Both the position numbers and the translations under genes were made by a program. Shown one piece after another: positions 38,597 through 53,351 of a DNA stretch of 64,000 nucleotides. Position 1 is the stretch's first letter. The number at the start of each line of letters is the position of its first letter. The notes beneath the pieces were generated by a model. The model searched no databases. It saw only the letters and a list, made by a program, of their open reading frames with translations, and was not told where the DNA came from. Source of the DNA: Eledone cirrhosa (lineage: Eukaryota); contig OZ024740.1 of assembly GCA_964016885.1 (NCBI GenBank), positions 149,854,001-149,918,000 on the forward strand, given 5' to 3'.

Positions 38597-39075
38597 AATA
38601 TAAGTATGTACACGTACATACATAAATGTATACAGACGTACAGTAGTATGTATATATATATATACATACATGCACACACATATATATGTACGTATGGATT
38701 CACCGAACATTTATTATAATGCTCGGTGTGTTTGTAAACAAACATCCCGTATTAAGCCGTAGTGTCGTTTGTTCAACACTGACAAAGGAACGCTGTACTA
38801 GTTTCAAGCTTATTAGCTATCGTCAGCAACGGACGATAGCTAATAAGCCTGAAACTAGTACAGCGTTCCTTTGTCAGTGTTGAACAAACGAGCAACGATG
38901 GTTGCTGGACACTACGGCTTAATACGGGATGTTTGTTTACAAACACACCGAGCATTATAATAAATGTTCGGTGAATCCATACGTATATATATATGTGTGT
39001 GCATGTAAGTATATATATATACATACTACTGTACGTCTGTATACATATATGTATGTACGTCTACATACTTATATT
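38597..39075. mobile_element. Fold-back HHR element (copy of 6505-6983); intact minus-strand HHR at 38791-38831
   Basis: Same sequence as unit A. Confidence 0.88.
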
Positions 39076-39642
39076 CATTGTTATTATTATATATATATAT
39101 ATATATTTAAATGTATAGAAGGTTGGCCGTATGTATGTGTACGCGCATGTGTATGTATATATGTGTACGTTTGAATAGGACATGCTTACACAATTGATAC
39201 AGAACAGTCAGAAGGCTCGTGGCGGCATGTATCAACAAGTGTCTGTGACTGGGTCCATGGGAGTGAGGGAGAGAGGGTGTGTGAGTATATATACTGCGAT
39301 GTATGTGGCGGTGTGGGTGTCTGCGCATGTAGACGTACGAGTGTGAATGCATAGATAGGTATGTGTCTGAATGTGTGTGTGTTACTATGTGTTTATTCTA
39401 GTATGTGTGGGTGCTTACCCTGAAGTGTGAGCAGACGTGTGAAGTACTGAACCCAGCATGACTCCATTGAAATGTGTCGGACGGAAAATGGTTGATGAAC
39501 CGTGTGGCAGCAGATACTGACCAGAACTTGTGATGACGTGGAGTAAAAACAGCCAATGGCATGACAAGAGTGGAAAGAGGGTTTTTTGAGGGTGTTGTTT
39601 TGATAACACCCCAGTGATAAAATTTGCTCCGGACATAACACC

Positions 39643-39733
39643 CGTGTCTGAAAGAACCCGCAGAAGTAGAATCAGCCAGATCCATACAAGGACCATGACT
39701 CGAGCTACATGCCGGCGAAACATTTGTAACACG
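39643..39733 (+). ncRNA. HHR-like with long stem II (copy of 7551-7641)
   Basis: Same motif as unit A. Confidence 0.7.
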
Positions 39734-39775
39734 AAATAAACTAAGTCCAGATGCATCACTGATTTTTTGTTTTCT

Positions 39776-39870
<95 letters not shown>

Positions 39871-40164
39871 TAGTGGAGGTGTGGGTGAGTGGGGTATGGG
39901 CTCCTATGGGAAGTGCGGTTGTTTGGGCAGGAGTAAAGGTTGGGGCTTAGTCCAAGTACAGGTTGCTGAGCCGGTTTAAATGCCGAGTGGTTCAGGTTCC
40001 CGTGTTTTGTACGTCGTAGGGTATTCCATATATATATCATATATTACTATCTTGATTTTCTATTTATCTCGTTCTCTTACGCAATCGGTCTCACCCTGTC
40101 TCATTGTCATTACACAGTGAAATAATACTTTGCCTACCTGCATACCATCAATTTTACTAGCATT

Positions 40165-40314
40165 ATTGGCAGTATCGGTAGAGGGTCGGACGCCATACTT
40201 TGACGCATAGAGTTACGGTCCTTGCCATTCTAAGTTCATATCCCGCCGAGGTTTACTTTGCCTTCATCCTTACGGGGTCGATAAAATAAAGTACCAAAAG
40301 TAGAAACAATTATT
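40165..40314 (+). mobile_element. tRNA-derived SINE (copy)
   Basis: Same as 8111-8260. Confidence 0.8.
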
Positions 40315-40568
40315 TTACTTTACAAAAGAAATTTCCAAAACCTCATAAACAATAAAACATGGACAGCATTTACATTTGAACAATTTTATTGAAGCATAGC
40401 GAAATTCAAATGAGAGGAGAATATATATAAATGGTCATTTATTTGTATGTTAGAGGATTGAATAAAAGGCGAGAAGTTTAATAATGCCGCTCTAATGACA
40501 AGACCAATAATGTAATATGTGTAAATAAAACATTAAAAATAACTTGAAACCAAATGTGCTACATTAAT

Positions 40569-41548
40569 CTAACAATTCCAAGCCTCAACATCGGAATTTG
40601 TTTCCAGTTTCTTCGGATTCTTTATCCATTCCAAAGCCTTTGATACGCTTAATATCCAGACATCATCCATCTTTGAAATGTTTTCTAGGTATTCTTTCAA
40701 GACATCAAAATTATATGGTCTAGCAAGAATCCAATTCACGTGAAGAAACATACCCGCTGGTGCTCGGTTTGAATTATAATTAATATTGAACCTTTCCATC
40801 AAAAATTTAAGAAGTTCAATTTTGCTTCTGGGTTGATTACACCCATCGAACAAAGAACAAGGGTTTTTGTTCGTGTCATACCAGCGGTTTACGGGCACTT
40901 CCCAAAAGCCAGGGTATGATTCTGTAGGACATTTCTTGTTCACACAAGACTTGCCTGGAACGCCACCGGACCTTTCTTGTTCACATGCAGTCTGCAAAGG
41001 TGTATCTAGTGTGAATGGCCAGTATTGGTCCAAATTCTGATCACTGTCAGCACCCATAACTATTGAAGAGTCCCAAGAAAACCCAAAATCTTTCAGAACA
41101 TCGAACTGTTTATTACCACCCATTTGAAGAAAAGGAGAACGAAAACCTTTAATCTGATTTTCTGGTATGCCGGATTTCTGAATGAGATTATTTTTTATTC
41201 CAATTATTTCCTCTTTGTATTCATTATAAGACATATTTCTCCAGGAAGCAGACGGGAACTTATGGGAGACAGAATGACTTGCCATTTCATGTCCTTTTTG
41301 GTACATTTCCTTTGAAAAAGTATAATTATTTTCACCAGAAATGAAAAATGTGAAGCTTATTGGACATCCGTTAGGATTTTTAAGTCCCAAATTAGACAAT
41401 CTCCGGTAGTAATCAATGTTCCTTTTAGTGAAGCCGTCGTCAAAAGTTAGCAAAAGTATTTGTGGTGTTTTCTTTCGTGACAAACCCTGGGGAAGTTTAG
41501 TTGACAGACATTTGCAAGCAGGAAGTTGACAGCTGTCGTTACAATTAT
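40569..41548 (-). CDS. Chitin deacetylase-like (CE4), coding exon 2, copy B
   Basis: Translation identical to copy A; acceptor CCTCCAG|AT at 41549/41548. Confidence 0.93.
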
Positions 41549-41768
41549 CTGGAGGAAAAGTGAAATGTGATATTGATATAGTACCGAAATTAAAGACATT
41601 GAATAAAGACATTAAAAATAAAAACGGTTAAAATTGGTCAACCAATTTCCCAGGGAATTAATAGAAACCAAAATATATGATAGTGCAAATAGCTGGAATA
41701 GGTGGTTGTATATTCTACTAAATTTAAAGCTTACTGTATTCATTCGTGTATGCAAACATACATATATA

Positions 41769-41878
<110 letters not shown>

Positions 41879-42017
41879 AATATATATACACAATGTCAAT
41901 TAGATCCCTAGGGATTTTTGTACAAGTTGAAAACATGTTATATATACATATATAAATCTATATATACACATGTACATGCACACATATACACGCACTCCCA
42001 TATATATATATATACAC

Positions 42018-42810
42018 ACAATACAAAGAAATAAACAGACACATGCGAGTACATACATATACATGCATATACCCACATATATCCCTGAATTTGTGTGGTG
42101 CCAACCTTAAACGTTGTTGCTCTATGAATAATAGGGACAAAATAATCTGAATGGATTAGATTTATTCAATATCAGAGCTATATAATACATTATAAAGAAA
42201 GAAGAAACATTAGATATAAATAAAAAGATATAATATACCTAAATTCCTTCATTATCCTCGACTACGTAGTTTCGTGGCTTATTATGCAAAAACATTACAT
42301 CATAGAGATGCAGTATTTTTGTGAGGTTTGCCGACTTATCAAGAGGATACAGCATTTAGAGTTTCAAAACACGTCCGGAGGACGCTAGATATAATCCCAA
42401 AAGGCGGAGGGGGAACTTATCACGTGATACAGCGGTCAAGAAACAGAGCTAAGCCTCTTACAACTAAGAGAAAAATACCACAAAAGGCGGAGGGGGTATA
42501 TATGTCAAGGCCGTAGAAGAGTTGGCTAGGATGGCGAGAAGTATGATTAGTGTAAGCTTAACAGCAGTCACCATACTTCAGTGGTTACTCTACCGTAGGG
42601 AGTTATAAACAATACAAAGAAATACACAGACACATGCGAATACATACATATACATGAATATACCCACATATATCCCTGAATTTGTGTGGTGCCAACCTTA
42701 AACGTTGTTGCTCTATGAATAATAGGGACAAAATAATCTGAATGGATTAGATTGATTCAATATCAGAGCTATATAATACATTATAAAGAAAGAAGAAACA
42801 TTAGATATAA
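42018..42810 (-). mobile_element. Intronic direct-repeat remnant with degenerate HHR (copy)
   Basis: Same as 9970-10762. Confidence 0.55.
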
Positions 42811-43397
42811 TATATATATATATATATATTGAGTGAGTGTGAAATACCAAAGATCATTATTGAAAGTCTCTGGATGATTTCGCAAAATACATAATATGTT
42901 TTATTGGAGAAGGTAAGATATTTTTCCGCAAAAATTTGATTGCATTGTCTTGTTTCCACTTATGTATTTTTTTAAAAATGTTATTTATTCATTATAAAAA
43001 TTAAATGATAGCACTCTATATGTAGGTGGACCCCCATCATCTCCTGGCAACCAATATTTTTAGACCCCATTGTCTGCCGCTATTCCCAGCGAGATAGATT
43101 ATGTCTGCAGCGTGATTGTCCTTTTACCCATCATCCGGGGACTCGTCGCACAAATAAAAATAAAAATAAAAATCCTAACCAATACAATGCCCACTACTAC
43201 AGTCATTTACAGTTCCCTAAACAGGAAACCTCTTTTTTAGCCATAATGAATCTGGCAAAAGAACTACAAAAAAACATTCTAGCCATAACCCAACACTACC
43301 CTCCACTACCACCATACTGCACAAACTCCCATTGCTGCCATTAACAAACAAACCCCACAAAACAATTAAAATCAACCACCACTCTAGCCTCAACATT

Positions 43398-43749
43398 TTT
43401 GCTTAATGCTCAAACCCTTCCACCAATACTCAAAAATAGAAACCCATCTCAATCCCCTCCACTTGGAAGCCAAAGTGAAAGTGAAGAATTTCAAAGCTAT
43501 CCGTGCAGATCGCGCTGGCAGAAGAAAAGGTGGGACTGACATTTTTGTACATGATTCTTTTTTGACAGAGACTAAGAACTTATTATCTAATGGATACTGT
43601 AAAGCAGTCACTGTGTACAGTAAAGCCAACAACTTAATAGTAGTTGGGCGCTATAGGCCATCCCAAACGCCTCTACCATGCTTCAGGGAATGCCTCAACA
43701 ACATAAAATGTTTCATCCAACAGTGTCATCCTAGCAACATCTTAATGTG
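43398..43749 (+). mobile_element. LINE endonuclease fragment (copy)
   Basis: Same as 11350-11701. Confidence 0.75.
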
Positions 43750-44378
43750 GACGCCGTTTCGCGAACTGTCATCATCAGAATGAGCGTGTGTTATTGTTGT
43801 GGCCATACATTTATTGTTTAATCGAAAGCGAAAGATACACTGAAATGCAGCATGCTTGGGGATCCATTTGTTGAAGAATATTTTATATTGAATTTGATAT
43901 TGTCGTGGATGGTGTTGAAAGTCACGTATTTTTATAACCTCATATATGGAACTGGTTAGCACTAAGGTGTTGTTTACGTATCTCTGGTGTAATGTGCGTC
44001 GCCCAGAATGCAGGGCCTTTCGAACTAGATCATTTCATTGCTTGTTAGGGTAACCAGAGTCACGCTAAGTTTGGGTTGTATCAGAAGATCACTGGACTCT
44101 CGGAAAATGGTGCCTTTGGCTCGGAAGAAAATGCTGGTGAAATTGATCGTTAGAAAAGATCTGAAGTTTGTGATGGAAAGTCTTTGCAAAGCTGTGTTCT
44201 CCTTCCAGACGTTCTTGAGCTATTTGTATTGTCTCTACTGGTGGTATGCTGGTGTCCATGAATGCAAATTAGTGCCAAATACATAGTTATTGTCAGCTAA
44301 TATATGTGGAAGTGTTTATAAGTTACCAGATGTATTGATACGTGTGTTATAAGACGTTTGAGAAACATGATCAACAAT
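43750..44378 (-). mobile_element. Degenerate PLE remnant ending at its HHR cleavage site (copy)
   Basis: Same as 11702-12330. Confidence 0.68.
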
Positions 44379-44839
44379 ACACCATCTTCTGTGCGAGGTC
44401 TATATTGTTTTTCGCACAAGACAGATAAACTTTACCAACTAATAAATATCTCCCTATCGGCATACATGATCTTGCACATAAAAAGACTGACTGCAACTAG
44501 AGATTAGGAGAATATGAGGAATAAAAAAGAGTAATACTTCTTTAGCGAATTTCTAAATCAAATTGAAAAACTTCACACTGCCCAGTATAACAACAAAACA
44601 CAACAGACTACCCTTTTAAACATGGATCGTATAAGAGATAAAGAACTGATACAATTCCAAATAAAGATCCAAATTAGTAATATGCTGACTTTCATCTTTT
44701 CTTCTATTTGTAATACACAACATTTGTCTTCATTACGTCTGTTAGTTATTATCATGCAGTATCTTAATTCAAATTTTATGGTGACTACAATGGTTTTTGA
44801 ACTGCTTATTGTAAGATATAAGAAAATAATTTCACTCAC

Positions 44840-44924
44840 CTATTGGTATCGACAGAGATAAAGTGCTGAAACAAATGAGAATGAGCAGAAAACAGCATAT
44901 GTTTTCTGCGGAGTGTCCCATCAT
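44840..44924 (-). CDS. Chitin deacetylase-like gene, coding exon 1 (signal peptide), copy B
   Basis: Same as 12792-12876; donor AG|GTGAGT at 44840/44839. Confidence 0.85.
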
Positions 44925-44974
44925 TTTTCTTGAACAGAATATTCTTCTTACTAAATATATGCGAGCGCTCTTTC

Positions 44975-45006
44975 TGCAAGAAACAATCAAATTTGTTTAT
45001 TTTATA
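44975..45006 (-). promoter_or_regulatory. Putative TATA/initiator, copy B
   Basis: Same as 12927-12958. Confidence 0.55.
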
Positions 45007-45795
45007 TCGTTCGATGGTGTGAACATGTGTGTATGTAAACACATTGTGCGTATAAAAGGAATGCACATAGATAATTTGCATATTATAATTTCTTATAGGC
45101 GTACATAAGTATGCAAGAATGTTTCTACTTACTACGGGTTCTGATATATTCCGGATATTATGAGTGCTTAAGTTGTTTACATCAAATAACGATTTGCTGC
45201 CCAGATCCGTCAACGCAGTATGATTGGATAGCGAGGTAAATTTCTCGTCATAGCAACTTAGTAAATATTTTTGACACAGAAAGTCGTGTCTGTACAATAA
45301 CTCTATTCTAAAAGACATCTGATACTTTCGGTTAAAATATTTCCCGTTCTGACAAGTAAACATACTTTTGCACACATTTCAGTTTGTCGACGTGATCTTC
45401 ATAATTAATTTAAAACAGTTTCAAACGATTGACGCATCTGCTTCACAAAATTGCAACAATGGCATACATTGATATCTGTTGACATCAAATGCTTATAATG
45501 TTTATTTTCGGTTCTTTTACTGAACTTTTCCGCCAATTATTTTTGTTGTTGTTCTTGTTGTTATTGTTGTTGTTATTATTCTTGTGGTGGTGGTGGTGGT
45601 GGTGGTGGTGGTGGTGGTGGTGTGTCATGATAATAAGTACATATACATCGCTTCTGTATTTGAATTGTATTGTGTTGATTTTTTAAAACTTTATTTAGAT
45701 GTTTTGTGTTTGTGTATCAGATCGTATAGAACCATTACAAACAAAACAATAATATGAACCGAAATACATGCAAATTTAATGGAAAAATTAGCGTT

Positions 45796-45872
<77 letters not shown>

Positions 45873-46962
45873 GAGCAACAGCAACAACAACAACGGCAAC
45901 AACAATAGCAACTGCAGCAACAGTAACAACAATAATACAGTTTTGCACATTTCGTGTGGCAAATGCCGCGTCCAATAAAGAAATTTGGAACATGGACAAA
46001 ATCCAGTGGAAGAAAGTAGTCTAATAGTGGGAAAAAAGAAAGATAACATGGTTCTATTTGTCCTCAAAAGACAAATTGAAGAAAGCTCTGATCGATGTGT
46101 GGGAGAATATCATTTTCATCAAGTGAGGCAAGACAATCAGTACTGTATGTTTTGTCTTCAGCATAGAGAGCGAGACAAATTGCCAATCTGCTAGTGCAAT
46201 GCACAGGCGTCCAAACGTTGTCCATGGGCCACCAGCACATTGTTGTGCATTGTTGGCAGGTGACATTACGGAGTTGATGAGAAAGGATATGTAGTCAGGG
46301 AGGGTTAGCATGTACTTGCAAGTCCATGATCAATTTTTGAAGCCACAATAGCACGATGTCATTCAGAAGCTACGCCCAATAGTGGGGGCAAACACAAATG
46401 CAATGAAACTGGTGATGTAGAACGTTCTAATAGTACCACCAGTCGAAGTTCTGGAAAAATACGCAGAGATCGCATCCTCCACGGTCACAGAAGCATGTGA
46501 TACCAAACGTCTTACCCCATTCACTTGCGGGGATGGGGAGTAGCTGGAGGATAGGGTGTTGGTGAAGGCTGGAGAGGAGCAGTACATCTTTTCAGGGACC
46601 AGAAAAAAAGGAAGGAAAACAGAAAAGGCTCGATGAACGAATACAAAAGGTATATAAAACACAAGAAGAAAAACCTCACTCCGTGGATGAACGTGAAGTT
46701 CGGCTTTTAATGACTGAAATTCCAGGCATAGATATTAATTAAAGTATCTTTTGGGGTTGCTTAGAATACTCTTGTAAGCTTCGACCATAATCAAAAGACA
46801 CATGCATCAAAGGTACCCCATCAGCTGTACCCCAAAATGGTGGTTAAACAAAGAGTATATTGAAATGATATATAGCTAATGGGAATGTTATATATTTAAA
46901 TATGGTCCACTGGACAATATTGAGGGGTATAAATATACAAGTGAATGATAAAGGTGCTTAAC

Positions 46963-47044
<82 letters not shown>

Positions 47045-47050
<6 letters not shown>

Positions 47051-49570
47051 TGTCACTCAAGGACATTCCAATCCCATCTAAGGATACCTATGAAAAATTG
47101 CTAAGTAGTATTAATTCATTTATTAAAAGAATAAGATGGGGTGTTTTCCATTATGAAAGAAACCGAGGAAATAAACCTTTAGATTTACCTCTTAATAATA
47201 CTTATGGTTTGAAAGCATATAAAAATCCATGGCATAATGTCTTATGGGACCCTTTTGAAAACGATTTATTAATGCTCGTGAAGAATATTAAGTATAGAAA
47301 ACCTTATGTGAAAAACAATCACTTCCTCAAAAAACTTAATTCTACTATTAAAGAATTTAATTAAAAAAAAAAAAAAGGATCTCTTAGTCCTAGCTGATGA
47401 AACCAAAAATATCTATAGCCTAGATTATAACACTTTATAAGGCTTTAATATTGTAAATAAATTAAAACTTGAGAGGTACACTCAACCTTATACTCCTAAC
47501 CACCTAGATTTACTTTGAAAGATAATAAGGAGTAATTTAATACTAATCCAACAATAAGCTTAATATGCCCATCTAAGTCTGACATTGGTATAATTAGCGA
47601 AAGAATTCTAGACCAAATTATCCCCAAAATCAAACAGAAGGTCCATTTCAACCTTTGGGGGTAATACTAGAGATGTAATTCATTGGTTCACAACTATTGA
47701 TCATAATAAGTCTAAGAAGTTTATTCAATTTGACATTAACTCTTATTACATATCTATCTCTCCTATCTTATTAAATAAAGCTCTAATTATGACCATGAAT
47801 AATAGTGACTTAACTAGATCCCAGGTAGATGTAATTCTAGCGGCCCGTAAAAATATCATCGAATTTGAAGACCAATTATGGACTCGTAAAAATGCACCTA
47901 ATAATTTTGATATCACTATGGGGTCTAGTGATTCTGCACAGGCCACTTATTTATTTGGATTGTACCTTTTAAATGAAATTCATAAAACCTTACCTGAAGG
48001 GTGGATTATATCGCGATGATACCTTATTTATTTTAGATTATAAAAAATATAAGATTGAAAGAACTAAGAAGGAACTACATATATTTTTCAAAAGTTTTAA
48101 CCTGATGTTACCCTATGCTTGGATTCTAAAACCTTTACACCTTACCATAAACCTAATGAAAAATATTTTTATGTTGATACTAATTCTAACCACCCTAGAT
48201 CTGTCTTAAACTCAATTATTAAAGTTGTATCGAATAGAATTAGTAATTTATCTTATACTGAATCTATCTTTAACCAAAATGCTCATTATTATAATGAAGT
48301 TTTTTTACGTTCTGGCTATAAAAATAAAATTAATTTTACGCCTAAAAACTCTTTTGCCGACTGTAACAAACAACCTAATATTATTTCACATAATATTTGT
48401 TTTTACTTTTGGCACAAGGCCAGCAATTACCCAGTACATTACTGGTACTTTATTTTATCGACCTCGTAAGGATGAAAGGCATAATATGGTTATGAAAAAC
48501 CTACAAATATTCAAACTAATAAGGGTAATAATGTTATTAATTGTGAGAGTGAATTACATAATGATATCCTTCTACATTTCCCCCCAGTACTAATAAAAAC
48601 ATCTTAAGAATAAGAAAAGTATTGTGAATCAAAAGCATAGTATATGCACTAAACGTAACATCTGTAATACTAAACATAAAAGTGAAGGTAATAATCATAA
48701 GGATACATTTATTAGTAACAAAAATAAGAAGAATAGAAGAAGGCTTAATTCCTACTTTAATCCACCCTTCAATTTAAATGTTTCTACTAATGTATCAAGA
48801 GTATTCTTCTCTATTATTGAAAACATTTCCACTTGATCACAAATAATATAATTTAATTACTAAAAACACTATTAAAATCTCTTACTCTACCACACCTAAC
48901 ATTGCTAATCACATAGTGAGTAGTAACAACAAGAAAATTAGTAAATATATTTCATCTTATAACTTGAATAACAATTCACAACCAGTTGATACGCTTAACA
49001 ATATTGTACCTAAAACTTTTAGTAATCACTCTCATAGTAGATTAAATTCCAGGACTTGTAGGAATAATAATAGCAATTCTAGCATTCATATATCTAACTC
49101 TAATAACTCTTCACATCTTTACCCTCAAAACTGCTTAATCAATAGCTATAATTGTAATTGTAGGCCTAATAATGTATGCCCTCTTAATAGAAATTGCCTT
49201 GTTAAGAATGTTATTTATTCCTGCACTGTCACAACTTTCACCAAACTCCAAAACATATATCGGTTCTACATCGATTAGTTTTAAGATGAGGTATAATTCC
49301 CATCTTAAACTTATACTTTCAAGAACTCTAAGCTTATCATGCAACTTCTTTATCTAGTTTCATATCATTTCTGAAGAGTAATAATACACCCTGACTTGGA
49401 ATGTGATTGCAAAATCTTCTTCTTAAAAACCTTCCAATAAATGTTGAAACCTGTACCTTAGTCCCATACTATTATCTATTCTAAATTAAATTTATTAAAT
49501 AGGAAATCTGAAAGTTTTTCCACTTGTCCTCATATTAATCACCCTTCTTTTTACTATTTTAACCCTAGTA
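47045..49570 (+). mobile_element. Naiad-type PLE family 2 (copy), with nested SINE fragment at 48408-48481
   Basis: Same ORF fragments as 14985-17510. Confidence 0.9.
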
Positions 49571-51324
49571 ACTAACTTATACTAATGTAGATTTATACCT
49601 TATTTTTTTTAGTAACATTAGTATCATTGCACTCTTCTTACATCCCCCTTCTGATCCCTTCGATTATGATTACAATCTATTATAACCACCCATTCACATT
49701 TAGGCATCTTATTATTTTATTATTTTATTATTTTATTATATTATTTTTAATAAGCCCCACTTATATTTGTATTTATTTTTGCTAATATTATACTATATAT
49801 TAACCATTGCCTCGCTCTCTATTTTTTTAGTGGTAGTATATTTTCAATACTTATATGATTTATTGAATAATTAATTAACTAGTATAATTCTTTATCCTTT
49901 AATATTATTTAATATATTATGTATATAATTTGTTTAATAATACATAGCATTTTAATATACATTGATAAGTTATTCTATTTGTATTTCGTAAATATATTAT
50001 TTTTTAAATAATTCTTTAGTTCTATAACCATTAGCCCTAAATGCATTTTCTAAGTCGTTACATCTTGACATAATAAATATTTGTATTCCATTTAATAATT
50101 TGTAACTCTCTTATAAAATGTCTTATATGAATTACCTCCCTTTTATTTTCTAATTAGCATTAACCGTCAGTTAAGGATAAAATATACCCATATATTGAAG
50201 AACGGGGAGAGGGAGAGAATGGAAGAAAGAGAGTCTAAAGAATAAGATGAGAAATGAGAGGGGCACAAAGAAAGAGAGAGAGAGCAAGAGAAAGGGAGAG
50301 AGAAAGAGAGAGAGAGAGAAGAGAAAAGAAGAGGAGTGGAGAAAAGCGGGAATGATATGGATGGAGCAAAATATTTTTGGAGAATTGCGAAAGATAAAAC
50401 ATGATGGAGAAAAAATAAAGTATGTAAACTGAGAAATACAGAGCTATAGCATCGTGATGACCTCTTCAGCTTCGTTTTAGATCCACAAGGTTTCGCTCGG
50501 AAAAAAGGAAGTACCATGTATATAAGGCTAGCCCACGCAACAGAACCAAAATGTCAATCCTCTCCTTCTCTCCGTTCTTCCGATCAATTTGTGGTTGTAT
50601 TTCAACCCTGCTTTTTGCTATGCCCATAACAATCAGGTATTCACACCTATCCCCGTGCTGAGATTCCTACTGTTTTATAAAAATTCATATACACTCATCG
50701 CTTCAAATCTTTTCAATTATTGTTTACACACGCACACACACACATACACACACATATATAAAAAAAAAATTATAATTTTGAAGAATAGTCAGACAAAATT
50801 TATCCAATTTTCCTCTCCTAAGTCCGTAGAAATCAACCAGATAAATAATCTATTAAACGGAGCTAAGTTTAAAATGTAACTTCGAAGAAATGACAGATAA
50901 ATGTTATCCATTTTCCCCTGTGATGAACAGTCAGACAAAATTTACCTAGTCTTTCCTGTTAGTCCGTAGAAATTAACTAGAGAAATAACCAATTAAACGG
51001 AGCTAAATCTAAAATGTAAGTTTGAAGAAAAAATATAGACAAACATTACCAAAAATTCTTCCAATCCCGATTATCGGTAGTTTCGCACGTACTTTGTGGA
51101 TATGTCTAATCGTTGCATTATCCATGAGACTCCGAGCTTTTCAAGAGCCTCCCCCAGTTAGGACCAAGTTTCTAAAATGATCGCAGTCAGTAACGAATTC
51201 AAAAGGGATGAGAAAAATCACATGGCTAGCGGCTAAGATAGAGGTGTTGTGAAGGGTAGGCCAGTGGCGAGTAGGTTCATTGCTAGAAGAAGCAGTTAGT
51301 TACCGTCGAAAGTTTACTCAACCT

Positions 51325-51420
51325 TAAATGTAAGTATGCACACGTACACACACATATATACATATATACATATAACCCCCCCCCCACACACATATATATA
51401 TATATATATATATACATACG

Positions 51421-51500
<80 letters not shown>

Positions 51501-52153
51501 CGCACACACATACATATATATATATATATATACACACGCACTCACATATACATATACATATGTACGTATGGGTTATATCGAACATTAATAACAATGTTCG
51601 ATTCGTTTGTAAACAAACGGCCCGGTTTGAAGCTGTGCCGTGCTGGTGACCGATCGTCACCTGTTTGTTCAACACTGGCATTGAGGAACAATCAACATGT
51701 TTCTGGGTCATTACCCTTCACCAGGACTGTATACCTCTCTACCAGTCTGTTGAACGGTTGAAACTATGTATTATTTTCTTAAGTACACATCGGCTGAGTA
51801 ACCTCATTTGCATACCGAGCGAGTTATTGCTGCCCTTGCTGAATATCAAAAATAGAATTAAAATTTTACTTCTCGCCCTAGCACAGCTGATTCATAAATG
51901 TAAGAAAATATTATATATATTCAACCGTTCAACAGACTAGCAGAGATCTGGATATACAGTCCTGAAGAAGGGTAATGACCCAGAAAGATGCATGTTGATT
52001 GTTCCTCAAAGCCAGTGTTGAACAAATAGGTGACGATCGGTCACCGACATGGCACAAATTCAAATCGGGCCGTTTGTTTACAAACGAATCGAACATTATT
52101 ATTAATGTTCGATATAACCCATACGTACATATGTATATGTATATATGTGTGTG

Positions 52154-52186
<33 letters not shown>

Positions 52187-52265
52187 ATGTGTATATATAT
52201 ATCCGTGTGTGTGTATATATATATATATATGGGTGGGGGGGGGTACGTATGCATACTTACATTTA
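51325..52265. mobile_element. Fold-back HHR element (copy of 19265-20213); HHRs at 51688-51730 (-) and 51956-52002 (+)
   Basis: Same as unit A apart from microsatellite length. Confidence 0.88.
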
Positions 52266-52438
52266 TGTATCAGCTGTACTAGGGCGACAAATAAAATTCT
52301 AGTTTTATTATATTATTTCCTTACCTTATAAAATTATATGTTTTTTCACAAAAAAGTATTCTGTCTCTTATATATTCCATGTGCCATTACCAACCTCAAT
52401 TTTCTCTATAACCTTCGTTTTGTGTAGTAAATTACACT

Positions 52439-52475
<37 letters not shown>

Positions 52476-52478
<3 letters not shown>

Positions 52479-53324
52479 GTCAGTCTAAAATCTTTTCCTG
52501 AGTCCAACCATTTTCGTTGCTATGGCAATGCGGCTGGACTGCCGATCACTATATTTGATTTGCAAAGCTGTCTAAACGTATTGTTATTACTCTGGGGTAC
52601 TATTCCCTATCGAGTGCTAAAGCTTCATACCGAATTTGCATTCGTTAGCTTGGCCGCAACCTAAAGCTTCGTTAATGCTGTACTAAAATTTGTATTTTAA
52701 CTCCTAGAATTAACGATTAACTGATTAATTTAATTAGACAATTCTATTGATTGATTAATTGTTTATGTTTGTTTGATAACTTCTGGTTGAGTGCTTAATT
52801 CGGTTTGTTTAAGGGAATTCCATTCCTTTGTCTCAAATTTCGAATTCACTGCCAAAAGAGAAAACCACGTGTCTATAGCGAAATTTACTGCTAGAACACA
52901 CCCGCAGAGGCTAAAGAACACAAGACTTGTTGAAGAAGTAAATCCTTTGTTCTGTCGTCAAAGACCATTAACTTGCAGACCCCTGCAAGCGGAATTAGTC
53001 GATCTTGGATTTACAGAAACCTAGCGTGGATGTTGTGTGTTGTATGTGATGTATATCGTATGCTATACGATATGCATTATATGTTGCATTCGGTCTCCGC
53101 GCTATGTCCAGGTCAGTCTAAAATCTTTTCCTGAGTCCCACCATTTTCGTTGCTATGGCAATGCGGCTGGACTGCCGATCGCTATATTTGATTTGCAAAG
53201 CTGTCTAAACGTATTGTTATTACTCTGGGGTACTATTCCCTATCGAGTGCTAAAGCTTCATACCGAATTTGCATTCGTTAGCTTGGCCGCAACCTAAAGC
53301 TTCGTTAATGCTGTACTAAAATTT
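52476..53324. mobile_element. 216-bp direct-repeat element (copy)
   Basis: Same as 20424-21272. Confidence 0.6.
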
Positions 53325-53351
53325 ATATATATATATATATAAATGTTTCAT